Below, one piece after another: positions 41,814 to 53,107 of a DNA stretch of 64,000 nt. The stretch is from an uncultured delta proteobacterium (GTDB taxonomy: Bacteria; Desulfobacterota; Desulfuromonadia; Desulfuromonadales; BM103), in assembly GCA_963715335.1 (NCBI GenBank), contig CAVQRZ010000026.1, positions 1 to 64,000 on the forward strand. Direction: 5' to 3'. The number at the start of each line of letters is the position of its first letter. The stretch's first letter is position 1. Both the position numbers and the translations under genes were made by a program. The notes under the pieces are model-generated. The model saw only the letters and a program-made list of their open reading frames with translations, was not told where the DNA came from and ran no database searches.

Positions 41814-42329
41814 ATGACGTTACGCAATGGTGGAATATCTTTGACCGTGCCAGACGAGAAAACCCTTCGCCAGGAGGTTCAACTCGCCTGCTTCAGGATT
41901 GGTTCTGAGTTGTATGCCCTTGATATCATGAGAATCAAGGAGATCATTCGTCCTCAGAAGCTGACACCCATTCCCAAAGCTCCTTCCTTTATCGAAGGCG
42001 TTATCAATTTGCGCGGAGTCGTGATTCCGGTCGCTGACCTGCGCAAACGATTTGACCAGCCGATCAGCGAAGCAAACCGTAAAAACCGGATTGTGATCTG
42101 CTCCCTCATGGGCAGAATTATCGGCCTTATGGTTGATGAGGTCACCGAGGTGAAACGCTTCGGTCGCAAGGAAATAGCTCCAGCCCCTCAATTTATCAGC
42201 GGGCCCGAGGCGAGCTATTTTCTTGGTGTTGCGCGCCGGGATGAAGACCTGATCATGTTGATTGACCTGGAAAAAGTCCTTTCGACTGAAGAAAAAATTG
42301 AATTGCAGAAATTGAGTAAAATCCAATAG
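41814..42329 (+). CDS. cheW: CheW
   Basis: IPKAPSFIEGVINLRG, GLMVD. Confidence 0.9.
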   Translation: MTLRNGGISLTVPDEKTLRQEVQLACFRIGSELYALDIMRIKEIIRPQKLTPIPKAPSFIEGVINLRGVVIPVADLRKRFDQPISEANRKNRIVICSLMGRIIGLMVDEVTEVKRFGRKEIAPAPQFISGPEASYFLGVARRDEDLIMLIDLEKVLSTEEKIELQKLSKIQ

Positions 42330-42390
42330 TGCGACTGGCTCATCCTGAAACATTTTGACCATGAGACGGTCGTTTTTTTGAGGTTCGTTG

Positions 42391-43311
42391 ATGATTGTTA
42401 AGTGTCCATCCTGTGCTGCCCGGTTTCGCCTGGATCGTGAAAAATTAGCCGGAAAACGTGTCACTTTACGCTGTGCCCGCTGTCGTACCCCGTTCAGCGC
42501 CGAGTTGCCGCGGGTTGCTTCCGAACGACCAAAGCCCAGAGTGCGCGTCCTGATCGCCCATAGCGATCAGGAGTTGTGCGGCACGATCCATAACATTGTC
42601 GAGAGTGCCGGCTTTGAGGGCATTCTCCGCCACAACGGCGATGAAGTTCTTGCCGCTATGGATGCTTTGCGCCCACGGGTGGCGGTTGTCGATGTCGCGC
42701 TGCAGGGTTTGTATGCCTTTGAGGTTGTTGACAAGCTCAGGCGCAGGCCGGGTCTTGAAAATGTCAAAATAATCCTGCTCTCTTCGGTCTATAACAAGGC
42801 TGCGTACAAGCGGTCGCCGAGTTCGCTCTACGGAGCGGATGATTACATTGAAAAGCACCATATCCCGGATGATCTTGTGTTGAAGATCAACCGGTTGCTG
42901 GTTGATGCCGCACCGGCGACCGGCCCGGCTGTAAATGGCGAAACGGAGGCGGATGGCCGTCGGCTGTCATCTGCTGATGGCATAGAGCCGTCCCTTGATT
43001 TCATAAACACGGTCAACGAAAAGATTCAGTCTGCGGAACAACACGAAGTGTCCGCTGATGGTACAACGGAGCGTCAGCGCGCCGAACGCCTCGCCCGTAT
43101 TATCGTTTCGGATATATCTCTCTATTATCAGGAGCGAGTCGATGAGGGTATCCTGAAAGGCAACTGGTCGGAACTCCTGGCGAATGAGATCAAAGAGGCC
43201 AGGCGCCTGTTCAGCGAGCGGTTTCCGAACCCGCAGATACAGAACAGCAAGATTCTCGAGGCCGCCTTTCTCGATTTCCTGGAAAAACGAAGTCGTGAAC
43301 TGGGTGTCTGA
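42391..43311 (+). CDS. Zinc-ribbon (MJ0042-type) + atypical receiver protein
   Basis: CPSC...CARC; receiver with LIAHSD and VVDVAL; C-terminal RAERLARIIVSDI helix domain. Confidence 0.8.
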   Translation: MIVKCPSCAARFRLDREKLAGKRVTLRCARCRTPFSAELPRVASERPKPRVRVLIAHSDQELCGTIHNIVESAGFEGILRHNGDEVLAAMDALRPRVAVVDVALQGLYAFEVVDKLRRRPGLENVKIILLSSVYNKAAYKRSPSSLYGADDYIEKHHIPDDLVLKINRLLVDAAPATGPAVNGETEADGRRLSSADGIEPSLDFINTVNEKIQSAEQHEVSADGTTERQRAERLARIIVSDISLYYQERVDEGILKGNWSELLANEIKEARRLFSERFPNPQIQNSKILEAAFLDFLEKRSRELGV

Positions 43312-43331
43312 ACAGAAGGCAGGGATGAACA

Positions 43332-45341
43332 GTGAGCACTATTGAACAGATAAGCGATGCATTGAATTCGCCGGATGAGGAGACTCGTTTACGGGGCCTG
43401 CGTGATTTGGCCGACAGCAACTCCAGCGAAGGACTCGATCTTGTATTCAAGGCGTTCGGGGATGAGAGCTGGCGGGTTCGAAAGCAGTCTATTGATCTCT
43501 TCCTGAGCATGCCGGTCAGCAGAGAAATGGTCGGCGAAGTTATCGAGCTTCTGCATGCCGAAGAGAATGCCGGTTTACGCAATGCCGGAGTTGAAATCCT
43601 CAGCCGGATGGGGCGGAGTACCGTGCCGATGTTGATTGAGCACGCCAGATGTCCGGACCAGGATGTGCGCAAGTTTATCATTGATGTCCTTGGAGATATT
43701 GCCGCACCGGAAGCTGTTCCGGTTCTGACTCTTGGCCTCGAGGACTCAGACAGCAATGTCAGGGCTGCTGCTGCCGAAAACCTCGGCAAGTTAAAAACCA
43801 GGGAAGCAGTACCGGCCTTGCTCAGAGCTATGCATTTGCCGGATCTGCTGCTTCAATTTACGATTCTCGACGCCTTGAGCCGGATCGCTGCACCTGTCCC
43901 TCTCTCTGAACTCCTCCCCTACAAAGATGAGAAGTTGCTTCGTAAGGCATTGATTGATTGTCTGGGCAAGGCAGGCGATGCATCCGCGGTCCCCGAACTG
44001 GTCGGTGCATTGACTGACCCAATGCGAAACGTTCGTGAATCTGCCATCCTGGCTGTTGTGGAAATTTATAATCGACACCCTGCAGAAATCAGAAAGGCAC
44101 TGTCAGCATGTGAAAAAGGACCTGTGTCAATGACGGTTAGCGGGTACCTCGATGAAGAATACAACGATGCCCTGAAACGGGCATCGATTAAGATTCTCGG
44201 TTGGTTGGCAGCAGCAGATGCTGTCGAGCAACTATTAAGTCTGCTTGATTTTGAAACGCTGCAACAGACCGCACTTGATGCCATGATCGATATCGGTCGT
44301 GCCAACCCGCAGATATTACTTGACACATGGGCTGGTGTAAGTGGCCCCCGCCGTGCTTATCTTGCCTACATCCTTGGTGAGGCAGAATGTGCAGATGCTC
44401 TGTCGCTGTTAGAGGGTGCGCTGGAGGATGAGGATATGCAGGTCGTATGCATGGCCGTGCATGCCCTGGGCAAGATCGGTTCTGCCGCTACGCTGCCGGG
44501 ATTGGTTGCATGTCTGCAGAGCGGTGATAGCGAAGTTCGAACCGCTGCATCACAGGCTTTGACCTCTCTGGGAGAGAAATGCCCCGATGAAACATTTTCT
44601 GCCATACAGCCATTGCTAAGTCATGCCGATGCCGTGCAGAGGGAGCTGGCCGTTGTCGTGCTCAGAGAACTCGATAACCCGTCCGTTCTGAAGGCCTTGA
44701 GCCTTGCGCTGAAAGACTCCGCAGCTGAAGTCAGAAGGGCGGCAATCAGGGTCTTTGAACGTTACGACATCACCGAGCATATCAGCACACTGTTGCTGGC
44801 CCTGACCGATGAGGACGCCGAGATTAGAAGGACCGTCGTGGATGTTCTGGCCAATTGCAACAACGAGAGCGTCCTCGACGGTTTGCAACTGGCCTTGCAG
44901 GATGAGGACATCTGGGTTCGTTCTGCGGCTGTGCGTGGTCTGGGAAGGATCGCCGATGATCGCAGTCGCGGTCTTGTGGAGCAGGCCCTCACGGATCCGG
45001 TCGGGCTCGTGAGCATTGCCGCGCTGGAAACGCTCGCCCACCTGTCCGGTGCTTGTGCCCTGCCGCAGATGATTTCTGCTCTGGACCATCATGATGAAGA
45101 GGTGGTTACGGCCGCTATGAACCTTCTGACCAGCCACGGTGCTGGAGACTGGGTACATGCCCATGCTGAGAGACTGATCAATCATTCTTTCTGGGTCGTC
45201 CGCGCACAAATCGCGCGGAGTGCTTCAGAAGTCCTTGGTGCTGGGGCCAGATCCCTGCTCGAGCGTCGTCTGGAAATTGAGGCCGAAGAAGTCGTCCGCC
45301 AGCAATTGGCCGACATCCTGGCCGGGTTACCCATCGAGTAA
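43332..45341 (+). CDS. HEAT/PBS-lyase repeat protein
   Basis: Many L.D....VR..A..ALG repeats. Confidence 0.9.
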   Translation: MSTIEQISDALNSPDEETRLRGLRDLADSNSSEGLDLVFKAFGDESWRVRKQSIDLFLSMPVSREMVGEVIELLHAEENAGLRNAGVEILSRMGRSTVPMLIEHARCPDQDVRKFIIDVLGDIAAPEAVPVLTLGLEDSDSNVRAAAAENLGKLKTREAVPALLRAMHLPDLLLQFTILDALSRIAAPVPLSELLPYKDEKLLRKALIDCLGKAGDASAVPELVGALTDPMRNVRESAILAVVEIYNRHPAEIRKALSACEKGPVSMTVSGYLDEEYNDALKRASIKILGWLAAADAVEQLLSLLDFETLQQTALDAMIDIGRANPQILLDTWAGVSGPRRAYLAYILGEAECADALSLLEGALEDEDMQVVCMAVHALGKIGSAATLPGLVACLQSGDSEVRTAASQALTSLGEKCPDETFSAIQPLLSHADAVQRELAVVVLRELDNPSVLKALSLALKDSAAEVRRAAIRVFERYDITEHISTLLLALTDEDAEIRRTVVDVLANCNNESVLDGLQLALQDEDIWVRSAAVRGLGRIADDRSRGLVEQALTDPVGLVSIAALETLAHLSGACALPQMISALDHHDEEVVTAAMNLLTSHGAGDWVHAHAERLINHSFWVVRAQIARSASEVLGAGARSLLERRLEIEAEEVVRQQLADILAGLPIE

Positions 45342-45349
45342 TGTCATAA

Positions 45350-46225
45350 ATGTTATTTGCCACCCCTGACATAAAGATGGATCCGGATGAATTTCGCCTG
45401 CTGCGTGACTTCGTTTATCAACATTGCGGGTTGAATTTCACCGAAGATTCCAAATACCTGCTCGAAAAACGTCTGGGTAAGAGAGTTCACCAGCATAACC
45501 TGAAGAGCTTTAAGGATTACTATTACTTCTTGCGGTATAACCAGAATAAAGACCAGGAGATGTCAGAGGTCATCGATCAGCTGACTACCAACGAAACCTA
45601 TTTTTTCCGTGAAGATTTCCAACTGCGCACATTCGTAGAGGATATCCTGCCGGAAATACGCAAACGCAAAGAGCAGGAAGGCAAGCAGACGCTGCGGATC
45701 TGGAGTGCGGGCTGTTCGTCGGGTGAAGAGCCGTACACCATCGCCATGTTGTTGCTCAACCAACCATGGTTGAGGTCGTGGCGGGTGGAAGTGATTGGTA
45801 CGGACATCAGCCAGCGGGTTTTGCACATGGCGCGCGAGGGGCTGTACGGCGACGCCTCGTTCAGAAGTACAGACGACGTGCAGAAGCGCCGTTTTTTTAC
45901 GGAGCATGGGGGCAAATATCGCGTCAATGATGAAGTCAGAAATCTTGTGTCAATCAGTCATCTCAACCTTTTTGACGTGTCCCGAATTGCCCTGTTGGGA
46001 AAAATGGATGTGATTTTCTGTCGCAACGTGATCATCTATTTCGATCAGGCCGGGAAAAAGAAGGCCATTGAAAGTTTTTTCCAACGACTGGACCCGGAAG
46101 GGTTCCTGCTGCTCGGACACTCTGAATCGCTGATCAACCTCAGTACCTCTTTCCGACTCAGACATTTCCAGCACGACATGGTGTACCAGAAACCCTCTGC
46201 CAGCACCTCAATTGGGGGTCTGTGA
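45350..46225 (+). CDS. cheR: Protein-glutamate O-methyltransferase
   Basis: TTNETYFFRE, WSAGCSSGEEPY, GTDIS, CRNVIIYF, GHSES. Confidence 0.96.
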   Translation: MLFATPDIKMDPDEFRLLRDFVYQHCGLNFTEDSKYLLEKRLGKRVHQHNLKSFKDYYYFLRYNQNKDQEMSEVIDQLTTNETYFFREDFQLRTFVEDILPEIRKRKEQEGKQTLRIWSAGCSSGEEPYTIAMLLLNQPWLRSWRVEVIGTDISQRVLHMAREGLYGDASFRSTDDVQKRRFFTEHGGKYRVNDEVRNLVSISHLNLFDVSRIALLGKMDVIFCRNVIIYFDQAGKKKAIESFFQRLDPEGFLLLGHSESLINLSTSFRLRHFQHDMVYQKPSASTSIGGL

Positions 46226-47301
46226 TGACTTCGGGCAGGGTCAGAGTCCTGGTGGTTGACGATTCAGCTTTCAACCGGCGCACAATTGTCAAGATGCTTG
46301 AATCGCTCCCCAATGTCGAGGTTGTCGGTTATGCCTGCGACGGTGAAGAGGGTCTGCGTAAGGTGATCGATTTGCGTCCGGATCTGATTACGCTCGATCT
46401 GGAAATGCCGCGTATGGATGGCTTCACTCTGCTGCGCATCGTCATGCAAAAGCAGCCGACGCCGATTATAGTCGTGTCCTCCCGCGCCGATGATGAGAAT
46501 GTCTTCAAGGCCCTCGATCTGGGTGCGGTCGAATTTGTCCCGAAACCGTCTTCCAGCGTGTCGCCGGTTTTAATGGATATCCGAGAAGAACTTCTCAGCA
46601 AAGTCCGTGAGGTAACGTCCGCTAATCTGAAAAATGTCATGGCGCGGGCCGAAAATGCGATTAAGGCGCAAAACCTTGTCGTGAAGTCGACTTCCAGGAA
46701 AAAGAAAACCACCAAAGCGACAAGTTCTGACTACCAGATGGTGGTGATTGGCTCATCGACCGGAGGTCCTCCGGCATTGCAGAATATCTTTTCTGCCATC
46801 CAGGAAGAAATTCCGGTTGCCTTTGCCGTCGCCCAGCATATGCCTCCGGATTTCACCCGGGCTTTTGCCGAAAGGCTTAACCGTTTTTCTGCCTTGACCA
46901 TTCGCGAGGCGGAAGATGGTGATCTGGTGAAACCGGGACAGGTTCTCATTGCTCCCGGCGGGAAAAACCTTGAATTCCTTGCGAAAGACAATGAGATCAT
47001 CGCCAAGGTCTCAGGGCCAGAAGGTCACCAGCGGTATTTACCCTCGGTAGACATGCTTTTTGCCAGTTCTGCCGAAATATTCGGTGATCGAGTCCTCGGT
47101 GTTGTCCTGACCGGAATGGGTAACGACGGAGCCATGGGAACTCGGGCAATCAAGTCTGCCGGTGGAAGCGTTTTTGCCGAGGCCGAGGAAAGCTGTGTGG
47201 TTTTCGGCATGCCCAAAGAAGCAATTGCCACCGGGCTGGTTGACCGGATTGTTCCATTACCGTCGGTCTGTAAGGAAATCCTGCAGTATTGCGGGTATTA
47301 A
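46225..47301 (+). CDS. cheB: Protein-glutamate methylesterase with receiver
   Basis: VVDDS, TLDLEMP, GSSTGGP, QHMP, PSVD, LTGMGNDG. Confidence 0.96.
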   Translation: MTSGRVRVLVVDDSAFNRRTIVKMLESLPNVEVVGYACDGEEGLRKVIDLRPDLITLDLEMPRMDGFTLLRIVMQKQPTPIIVVSSRADDENVFKALDLGAVEFVPKPSSSVSPVLMDIREELLSKVREVTSANLKNVMARAENAIKAQNLVVKSTSRKKKTTKATSSDYQMVVIGSSTGGPPALQNIFSAIQEEIPVAFAVAQHMPPDFTRAFAERLNRFSALTIREAEDGDLVKPGQVLIAPGGKNLEFLAKDNEIIAKVSGPEGHQRYLPSVDMLFASSAEIFGDRVLGVVLTGMGNDGAMGTRAIKSAGGSVFAEAEESCVVFGMPKEAIATGLVDRIVPLPSVCKEILQYCGY

Positions 47302-47373
47302 CGCTGGATATTTTTCCACAGGATTGTTATTATTTTGAGGTTTTGACTGTGAATCTTTCACGAGGAGCAGGAC

Positions 47374-48204
47374 ATGAGTCATAGCGACGAAGAAAAAGAT
47401 ACTGTCTCGCGTGCAGATGATTTTCTGCAGATGTTCAAAAAAGGGGCTGAGTTCACTCAGGACCTGCTCAAGGAGAACGAGCGGTTGAGGTTTCGCATCG
47501 TCAAGCTTGAGGAGTCGATGAAAGAGCAAGGCCACGGAATTTGCTCTGAAACAGCTGACACCCTTGAATTGAAGAAAAAGATCGAAGCGCTGGAACTGGA
47601 AAAGGAGGAAATTCTCGGCCGGATCAAGACGGTTGAAGAGGAAAACCAAAGTTTTGCGAACCGCTACGTTGAGATTGAAGAAGAAAACAACATGCTCGCC
47701 AATCTCTACATCGCGTCCTACCAGTTGCACTCAACATTGGACTTCAAAGAGGTTTTGCAGATAATCCTGGAAATAGTTATCAATCTGATCGGTGCAGAAG
47801 AGTTCGGCGTATTGCTGCTTGATGAAAAGACCAACCGCCTCGAACCTGTTGCCAGCGAAGGCGTTGAGACTTCCGAGCTGCCTTCGATAGCTGTTGGTAA
47901 AGGGATTATCGGAGAATCGGTCAAGACCGGCGAAAACTATTTCATCGAAACGATGGAGGGTTACCAGCGTGATTTTGCAAAGCCGATCGTTTGCATCCCT
48001 TTGAAAATCAAGGAACATGTTATCGGTGTGATCGTGATCTACACGCTTCTGGTCCAGAAGGACCAATTTAACAATGTTGACTATGAACTTTTCACCCTGC
48101 TGGCCGGCCATGCAGCTACGGCGGTCTTCTCGTCGCGGCTCTACTCCGATTCAGAGCGTAAGCTTTCGACCATCCAGGGCTTTATTGACTTGTTGACCAA
48201 GTAG
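47374..48204 (+). CDS. Coiled-coil + GAF domain protein
   Basis: Heptad-rich N-terminus; ANLYIASYQLHSTLD, CIPLKIKEHVIGVI. Confidence 0.8.
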   Translation: MSHSDEEKDTVSRADDFLQMFKKGAEFTQDLLKENERLRFRIVKLEESMKEQGHGICSETADTLELKKKIEALELEKEEILGRIKTVEEENQSFANRYVEIEEENNMLANLYIASYQLHSTLDFKEVLQIILEIVINLIGAEEFGVLLLDEKTNRLEPVASEGVETSELPSIAVGKGIIGESVKTGENYFIETMEGYQRDFAKPIVCIPLKIKEHVIGVIVIYTLLVQKDQFNNVDYELFTLLAGHAATAVFSSRLYSDSERKLSTIQGFIDLLTK

Positions 48205-48220
48205 AACGGGGAGAGATTTC

Positions 48221-48595
48221 ATGACCGGCTATAAAGTTCTTGTTGTTGAAGACTCACCCACCATGCGGCAGTTGATTGTTTTTGCCTTGAAGCGGATTCG
48301 TGGCTTCCAGATTGTGGAAGCCAATGATGGTGTGGATGGTTTGAAAAAACTCAGTGCTGACAAGTTTGACCTGATCCTCACTGATATCAATATGCCGATC
48401 ATGGACGGCTTGAAGCTGGTGAGTATGGTGCGTAACGACCCACACTACAAGGAAACTCCGATTATCGTAATTACCACCGAAGGGGCAACCGAGGACCGTG
48501 AAAGGGCCCTTGCTCTGGGGGCCAATGAATACATCACCAAGCCGATCCAGACTACGCAGATACTGGAGACGGTTAAAAAATTAATGAATCTTTGA
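48221..48595 (+). CDS. cheY: CheY-like single-domain response regulator
   Basis: VLVVEDS, DLILTDINMP, YITKPI. Confidence 0.88.
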   Translation: MTGYKVLVVEDSPTMRQLIVFALKRIRGFQIVEANDGVDGLKKLSADKFDLILTDINMPIMDGLKLVSMVRNDPHYKETPIIVITTEGATEDRERALALGANEYITKPIQTTQILETVKKLMNL

Positions 48596-48625
48596 TTTAT
48601 AGCCAACGTAAAGCAGGAGGTTAGA

Positions 48626-48844
48626 TTGTCTAAAGAAGAAGCGATTGAAGTTGAAGGAAGCGTGATAGAACCTTTGCCTAACGCGATGTTCAAGGTTGAA
48701 CTCGACAACGGGCATGTCGTTCTGGCACACATCTCTGGCAAGATGCGTAAATATTATATCCGTATTTTGCCCGGAGACCGGGTCACAGTTGAACTCTCGC
48801 CCTATGATCTCAGCCGCGGCCGGATTACATATCGCGCCAAGTAA
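48626..48844 (+). CDS. infA: Translation initiation factor IF-1
   Basis: [32 protein letters not shown] start after AGGAGG. Confidence 0.97.
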   Translation: MSKEEAIEVEGSVIEPLPNAMFKVELDNGHVVLAHISGKMRKYYIRILPGDRVTVELSPYDLSRGRITYRAK

Positions 48845-48959
48845 ACTGGTTGCAGGCGGCCTTTGCAGTCGTGTGATTGCCTGCCGCTGTCATGTCCATG
48901 AGATAACCGGCTTATGCCGGTTTTCATGTTTCAGGTTGTGATGTCAGTTTGGAGGATGT

Positions 48960-51521
48960 ATGCAGGAACGTTATAACCCTCTGGGAATCGAAAAGGTCTG
49001 GCAGGAACACTGGTCATCTACCCAGCCCTGGAAGGTGTCCGAGGTTCATGACAGACCGAAATATTACCTGCTGGAGATGTTCCCTTATCCGTCAGGACGG
49101 ATCCATATGGGGCACGTCCGGAATTACTCGATAGGCGATGTCGTCGCCCGTTTCAAGCGACTGCAGGGATTCAATGTCCTGCATCCGATGGGATGGGACG
49201 CTTTCGGCATGCCGGCGGAAAATGCGGCGATCCAACATGGCACGCACCCTGCGGTCTGGACTCGGGAAAATATCGCGAATATGCGCACCCAGCTCAAACG
49301 CATGGGGCTTTCGTATGACTGGGACAGAGAGTTGGCTACCTGCAATGCCGATTACTATCGCTGGGAGCAGCTGATTTTTCTAAGAATGCTGGAGAAAGGC
49401 CTGGCTTACAAGAAAAGCGCCGCTGTGAACTGGTGCCCTGAATGTGAGACGGTCCTGGCAAACGAACAGGTTGAGGAGGAATGTTGCTGGCGTTGTGACA
49501 ACAAGGTCGTGCAGAAAGAGCTCGACCAGTGGTTTTTCAAGATCACTCAGTACGCTGAAGAACTCCTCGAGTGGACCGAGCGGATGCCAGGCTGGCCGGA
49601 ATCAGTTCTGACCATGCAGCGCAACTGGATCGGTAAGAGTAACGGTTGTGAAATCGACTTTTCGGTCCATGGCAGCGAGGCAAAGATCCGGGTTTTCACG
49701 ACTCGCCCTGATACCCTGTTTGGGGCGACTTTCATGAGCCTGGCACCTGAGCACCCGATGGCGAAAACTCTCACTGTCCCTGAACGCTGTCGTGAAATCG
49801 AAGCGTTCATCAGTAAGGTTCAGTCGGTCGATCAGGCCCAGCGCACCAGTGACGATTACGAAAAAGAGGGCGTTTTTACCGGCTCTTACTGCATCAACCC
49901 CGTCAACGGGGTGAAGATTCCGGTATTCCTGGGCAATTTTGTTCTCATGGGTTATGGCACCGGTGCAGTTATGGCGGTCCCTGCACATGACCAGCGTGAT
50001 TTCGAGTTCGCCCGCAAATATGACCTGCCTGTCCAGGTGGTCATCCAGCCTGAAGGGGATGCTCTCGACCCTGCGGGGATGACCGAGGCCTGGACCGGTC
50101 CCGGAAGGATGGTCAACTCCGGGGCTTTCGACGGTCTCGATCATGAGACCGGCAAAACAAAGATTACGGAATTCCTTGTAAGCAGAGGCACTGGTGAAAG
50201 CTCTGTCAACTTCAGGATCCGGGACTGGCTGGTCTCCAGGCAGCGTTATTGGGGAACCCCGATTCCGGTGATCTATTGTGATGATTGTGGCGCAGTTCCG
50301 GTACCCGATCAGGACCTGCCGGTTGAGTTGCCGACCGATATCGAGTTCAGTGGCGAGGGGGGTAGCCCTCTGGCCAGGCTCGAATCTTTTGTCAACACAA
50401 AATGCCCGAAATGTGGCAAGGCAGCACGACGTGAGACGGATACCTTTGACACGTTCGTCGAAAGCTCCTGGTATTTCATGCGTTATGCCAGCCCGAAACA
50501 TGATGTGGCGCCTGTCGATCGTGGCGCCGTTGAATACTGGATGCCTGTAGATCAGTACATCGGCGGTGTCGAACATGCTGTCCTGCATCTACTGTACGCC
50601 AGATTCTGGACGAAGATCATGCGAGACCTGGGCATGGTCTCTTTTGCTGAGCCATTTGAGAACCTGTTGACCCAGGGAATGGTCTGCATGGAGACCAAGT
50701 CCTGTCCGGAACACGGCTGGCTTTACCCTGAAGAGATTGATAACGGTCTTTGCACCCGTTGCCAGAGTGCCGTCGTCTCCGGTCGCAACGAGAAGATGAG
50801 CAAGTCGAAGAAGAATGTTATCGACCCGGATGGCCTGATCAACCGGTTTGGCGCCGATACGGCGCGCCTCTTTACTCTGTTTGCGGCCCCCCCTGAAAAG
50901 GACCTCGAATGGAATGAGCAGGGCGTTGAGGGCTGTTTCCGCTTTCTCAACCGGGTGTGGCGGCTGGTCTACGAGAACCTGCCGGTTATCAAGGGCGCCT
51001 CTGCTGTAAATGCTGAACAACTTAGCCCTGAAGCCCGCGGGCTTCGCCGCCAGGTTCATCGCACAATCAAGAAGGTCACGGAAGATATTGACGGCAGCTT
51101 CCATTTCAATACGGCTATTGCTGCAGTCATGGAACTGGTTAACGCAATCTCCGTGTTCCCTGGCAAGGAGTCTGCGCCCGAAGTCCTGCGTGAGGCCATT
51201 GAGTCTGTCGTTCGCCTCCTTTCCCCATTTGTTCCGCATATATGTGAAGAATTATGGCGGAACCTGGGTTATGATGAGTCCTTGGAAAAAAGTCGCTGGC
51301 CGGTCTGGGATGAAAACGCCCTGGCCGCAGAGACCCTGTTGATTGTTGTTCAGGTTAATGGCAAAGTTCGTGGTAAGGTGACCGTACCGGCAGACGCAGA
51401 GACGGATGCTGTTGAAGCTGCGGCCCTGGCTGACGCAAATGTCGTCCGCTTTACAGAGGGGAAAACCGTTCGCAAAGTCATTGTCGTGCCTGGCCGGTTG
51501 GTCAATGTGGTCATAGGGTGA
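48960..51521 (+). CDS. leuS: Leucine--tRNA ligase
   Basis: [39 protein letters not shown]. Confidence 0.98.
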   Translation: MQERYNPLGIEKVWQEHWSSTQPWKVSEVHDRPKYYLLEMFPYPSGRIHMGHVRNYSIGDVVARFKRLQGFNVLHPMGWDAFGMPAENAAIQHGTHPAVWTRENIANMRTQLKRMGLSYDWDRELATCNADYYRWEQLIFLRMLEKGLAYKKSAAVNWCPECETVLANEQVEEECCWRCDNKVVQKELDQWFFKITQYAEELLEWTERMPGWPESVLTMQRNWIGKSNGCEIDFSVHGSEAKIRVFTTRPDTLFGATFMSLAPEHPMAKTLTVPERCREIEAFISKVQSVDQAQRTSDDYEKEGVFTGSYCINPVNGVKIPVFLGNFVLMGYGTGAVMAVPAHDQRDFEFARKYDLPVQVVIQPEGDALDPAGMTEAWTGPGRMVNSGAFDGLDHETGKTKITEFLVSRGTGESSVNFRIRDWLVSRQRYWGTPIPVIYCDDCGAVPVPDQDLPVELPTDIEFSGEGGSPLARLESFVNTKCPKCGKAARRETDTFDTFVESSWYFMRYASPKHDVAPVDRGAVEYWMPVDQYIGGVEHAVLHLLYARFWTKIMRDLGMVSFAEPFENLLTQGMVCMETKSCPEHGWLYPEEIDNGLCTRCQSAVVSGRNEKMSKSKKNVIDPDGLINRFGADTARLFTLFAAPPEKDLEWNEQGVEGCFRFLNRVWRLVYENLPVIKGASAVNAEQLSPEARGLRRQVHRTIKKVTEDIDGSFHFNTAIAAVMELVNAISVFPGKESAPEVLREAIESVVRLLSPFVPHICEELWRNLGYDESLEKSRWPVWDENALAAETLLIVVQVNGKVRGKVTVPADAETDAVEAAALADANVVRFTEGKTVRKVIVVPGRLVNVVIG

Positions 51522-52033
51522 GAAAAATGCGTGGACTGCTGATTCTGTTGGCTCTGCTTGTTTCAGGATGTGGATACCACGTGCCCGGCGCATCTGACGC
51601 CTGGGTAGGTGGGGATGCGCGGCTCGTATATGTCCGGCTGTTTGAAAATACGACGGCACAGCCGTACCTGGATAATTACATGACCGATGCTCTGGTTGAA
51701 GAGCTCTCCAGGGCAAGGCTTTTTGACCTCACCGAAAATGCCGATGCTGCGGAAGTGCTGATTGGCGGGACCGTTGATAACTTTACCAGTAGCGCGATAT
51801 CCTACAGTTCGACGGACACCATTACTGACTACCGTGCAACCATGGGAATTACTGTTCAGTTGTTAAAGAACGGTAACGGTCAGATCTTGTGGCAGGAAAA
51901 AATGAGCCGCAGCGAAGACTACAGCGCAGCCGTCAACAAAAACCTGCAGCTGGAGGGGGAGCGGCTGGCCGCGAGACAGGTCGCCAGGCGACTCGCCGAG
52001 GATATCCGTGCCCAACTTTTGAATAACTTCTGA
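51518..52033 (+). CDS. lptE: LPS assembly lipoprotein LptE family
   Basis: Lipobox VSGC followed by GY; position between leuS and holA. Confidence 0.82.
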   Translation: MRKMRGLLILLALLVSGCGYHVPGASDAWVGGDARLVYVRLFENTTAQPYLDNYMTDALVEELSRARLFDLTENADAAEVLIGGTVDNFTSSAISYSSTDTITDYRATMGITVQLLKNGNGQILWQEKMSRSEDYSAAVNKNLQLEGERLAARQVARRLAEDIRAQLLNNF

Positions 52034-52047
52034 AGCAACAACCGACA

Positions 52048-53049
52048 ATGTCATTAAAAGAATTGCAAAATATCCTTCAGGCCGGAACTATTCCCGGCCT
52101 GATTTTGCTTCATGGGCAGGAGCCCTATTTTGTTGAGAGGGGTATGCTGGCCGTTCGGGATGCCGTTGTTGCCCCCGAGAACAGGGATTTCAACCTGACC
52201 CAGTTCTATGGCAAGGATTTTATTGTCAACGACGTGGTGGAACAGGCCAGGACCTACCCTGTGTTTGCTGATCGTCGTCTTGTTTTGCTCAAAAACATCC
52301 ACGAATCAAGGGCCGATCAACTGGAAGGTTTGCTGGATTATGTCATGGACCCTGTTCCTGAAACCGTTCTGCTGTTGACCGCAGAAAAGATAGACGCTCG
52401 CCGTAAAATTTTCCAATTATTTAAAAAAAATGGTCTGTCGATAGAGTTTAAGAAAATATATGAGAACCAACTGCCTGCTTTTGTCCGAGAGCTGGCCAAG
52501 GTCAACAAGCTGAGCTTGACTGCTGGCGCACTGAAGCTGTTTTGTAAAAGGGTCGGGACAAATCTGACAGAGGTTCAGGGTGAGATGGAAAAGCTGGTTG
52601 GCTACCTCGGCGAACGGGATCTGGCTGAAGAAGCTGATGTTGCAGCAATCGTCTCGGATACCCGCGTAGAGAGCATCTTCGATTTAACCGATGCGATCGG
52701 AAAGGGTGACCGATCAAAGGCTCTGACTTTATTTGATCGACTGATGACGGAAGGCCAGGCCCCGTTGATGGTCCTCGCTATGATGACCCGCCATTTCAGG
52801 CAGATGTGGAAAATCAGTGAGCTGATGTCACAGAAAATTCCGCAGAGTGAACTCCCCCGCAGGGTTGGAGCCAGCCCGTATTTTCTCACAGGGTTGATCC
52901 AGCAAGCCGCCAGGTTCGATAATCGGCAGTACAGGCGTGTGTTTAATCGCTTACTGGAAACTGACCTGGCACTTAAATCGAGTGGTGGAGAGCCAAGGAT
53001 GCAGTTGGAGCAACTGCTTCTGGAAATTTCCGATATGAGTGGCAAATAA
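52048..53049 (+). CDS. holA: DNA polymerase III delta subunit
   Basis: LLHGQE, FADRRLV, IFDLTDAI, DLALKS; synteny. Confidence 0.92.
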   Translation: MSLKELQNILQAGTIPGLILLHGQEPYFVERGMLAVRDAVVAPENRDFNLTQFYGKDFIVNDVVEQARTYPVFADRRLVLLKNIHESRADQLEGLLDYVMDPVPETVLLLTAEKIDARRKIFQLFKKNGLSIEFKKIYENQLPAFVRELAKVNKLSLTAGALKLFCKRVGTNLTEVQGEMEKLVGYLGERDLAEEADVAAIVSDTRVESIFDLTDAIGKGDRSKALTLFDRLMTEGQAPLMVLAMMTRHFRQMWKISELMSQKIPQSELPRRVGASPYFLTGLIQQAARFDNRQYRRVFNRLLETDLALKSSGGEPRMQLEQLLLEISDMSGK

Positions 53050-53081
53050 AAGGGGAGACACTCCGTTTGGGAGCGCTCCCC
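53046..53081 (-). terminator. Intrinsic terminator candidate for rpsT (between convergent genes)
   Basis: Minus strand GGGGAGCGCTCC-CAAAC-GGAGTGTCTCCCC followed by TTTTAT. Confidence 0.65.
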
Positions 53082-53107
53082 GTGATGCGTAAAATTCTCA
53101 GAGAAAA

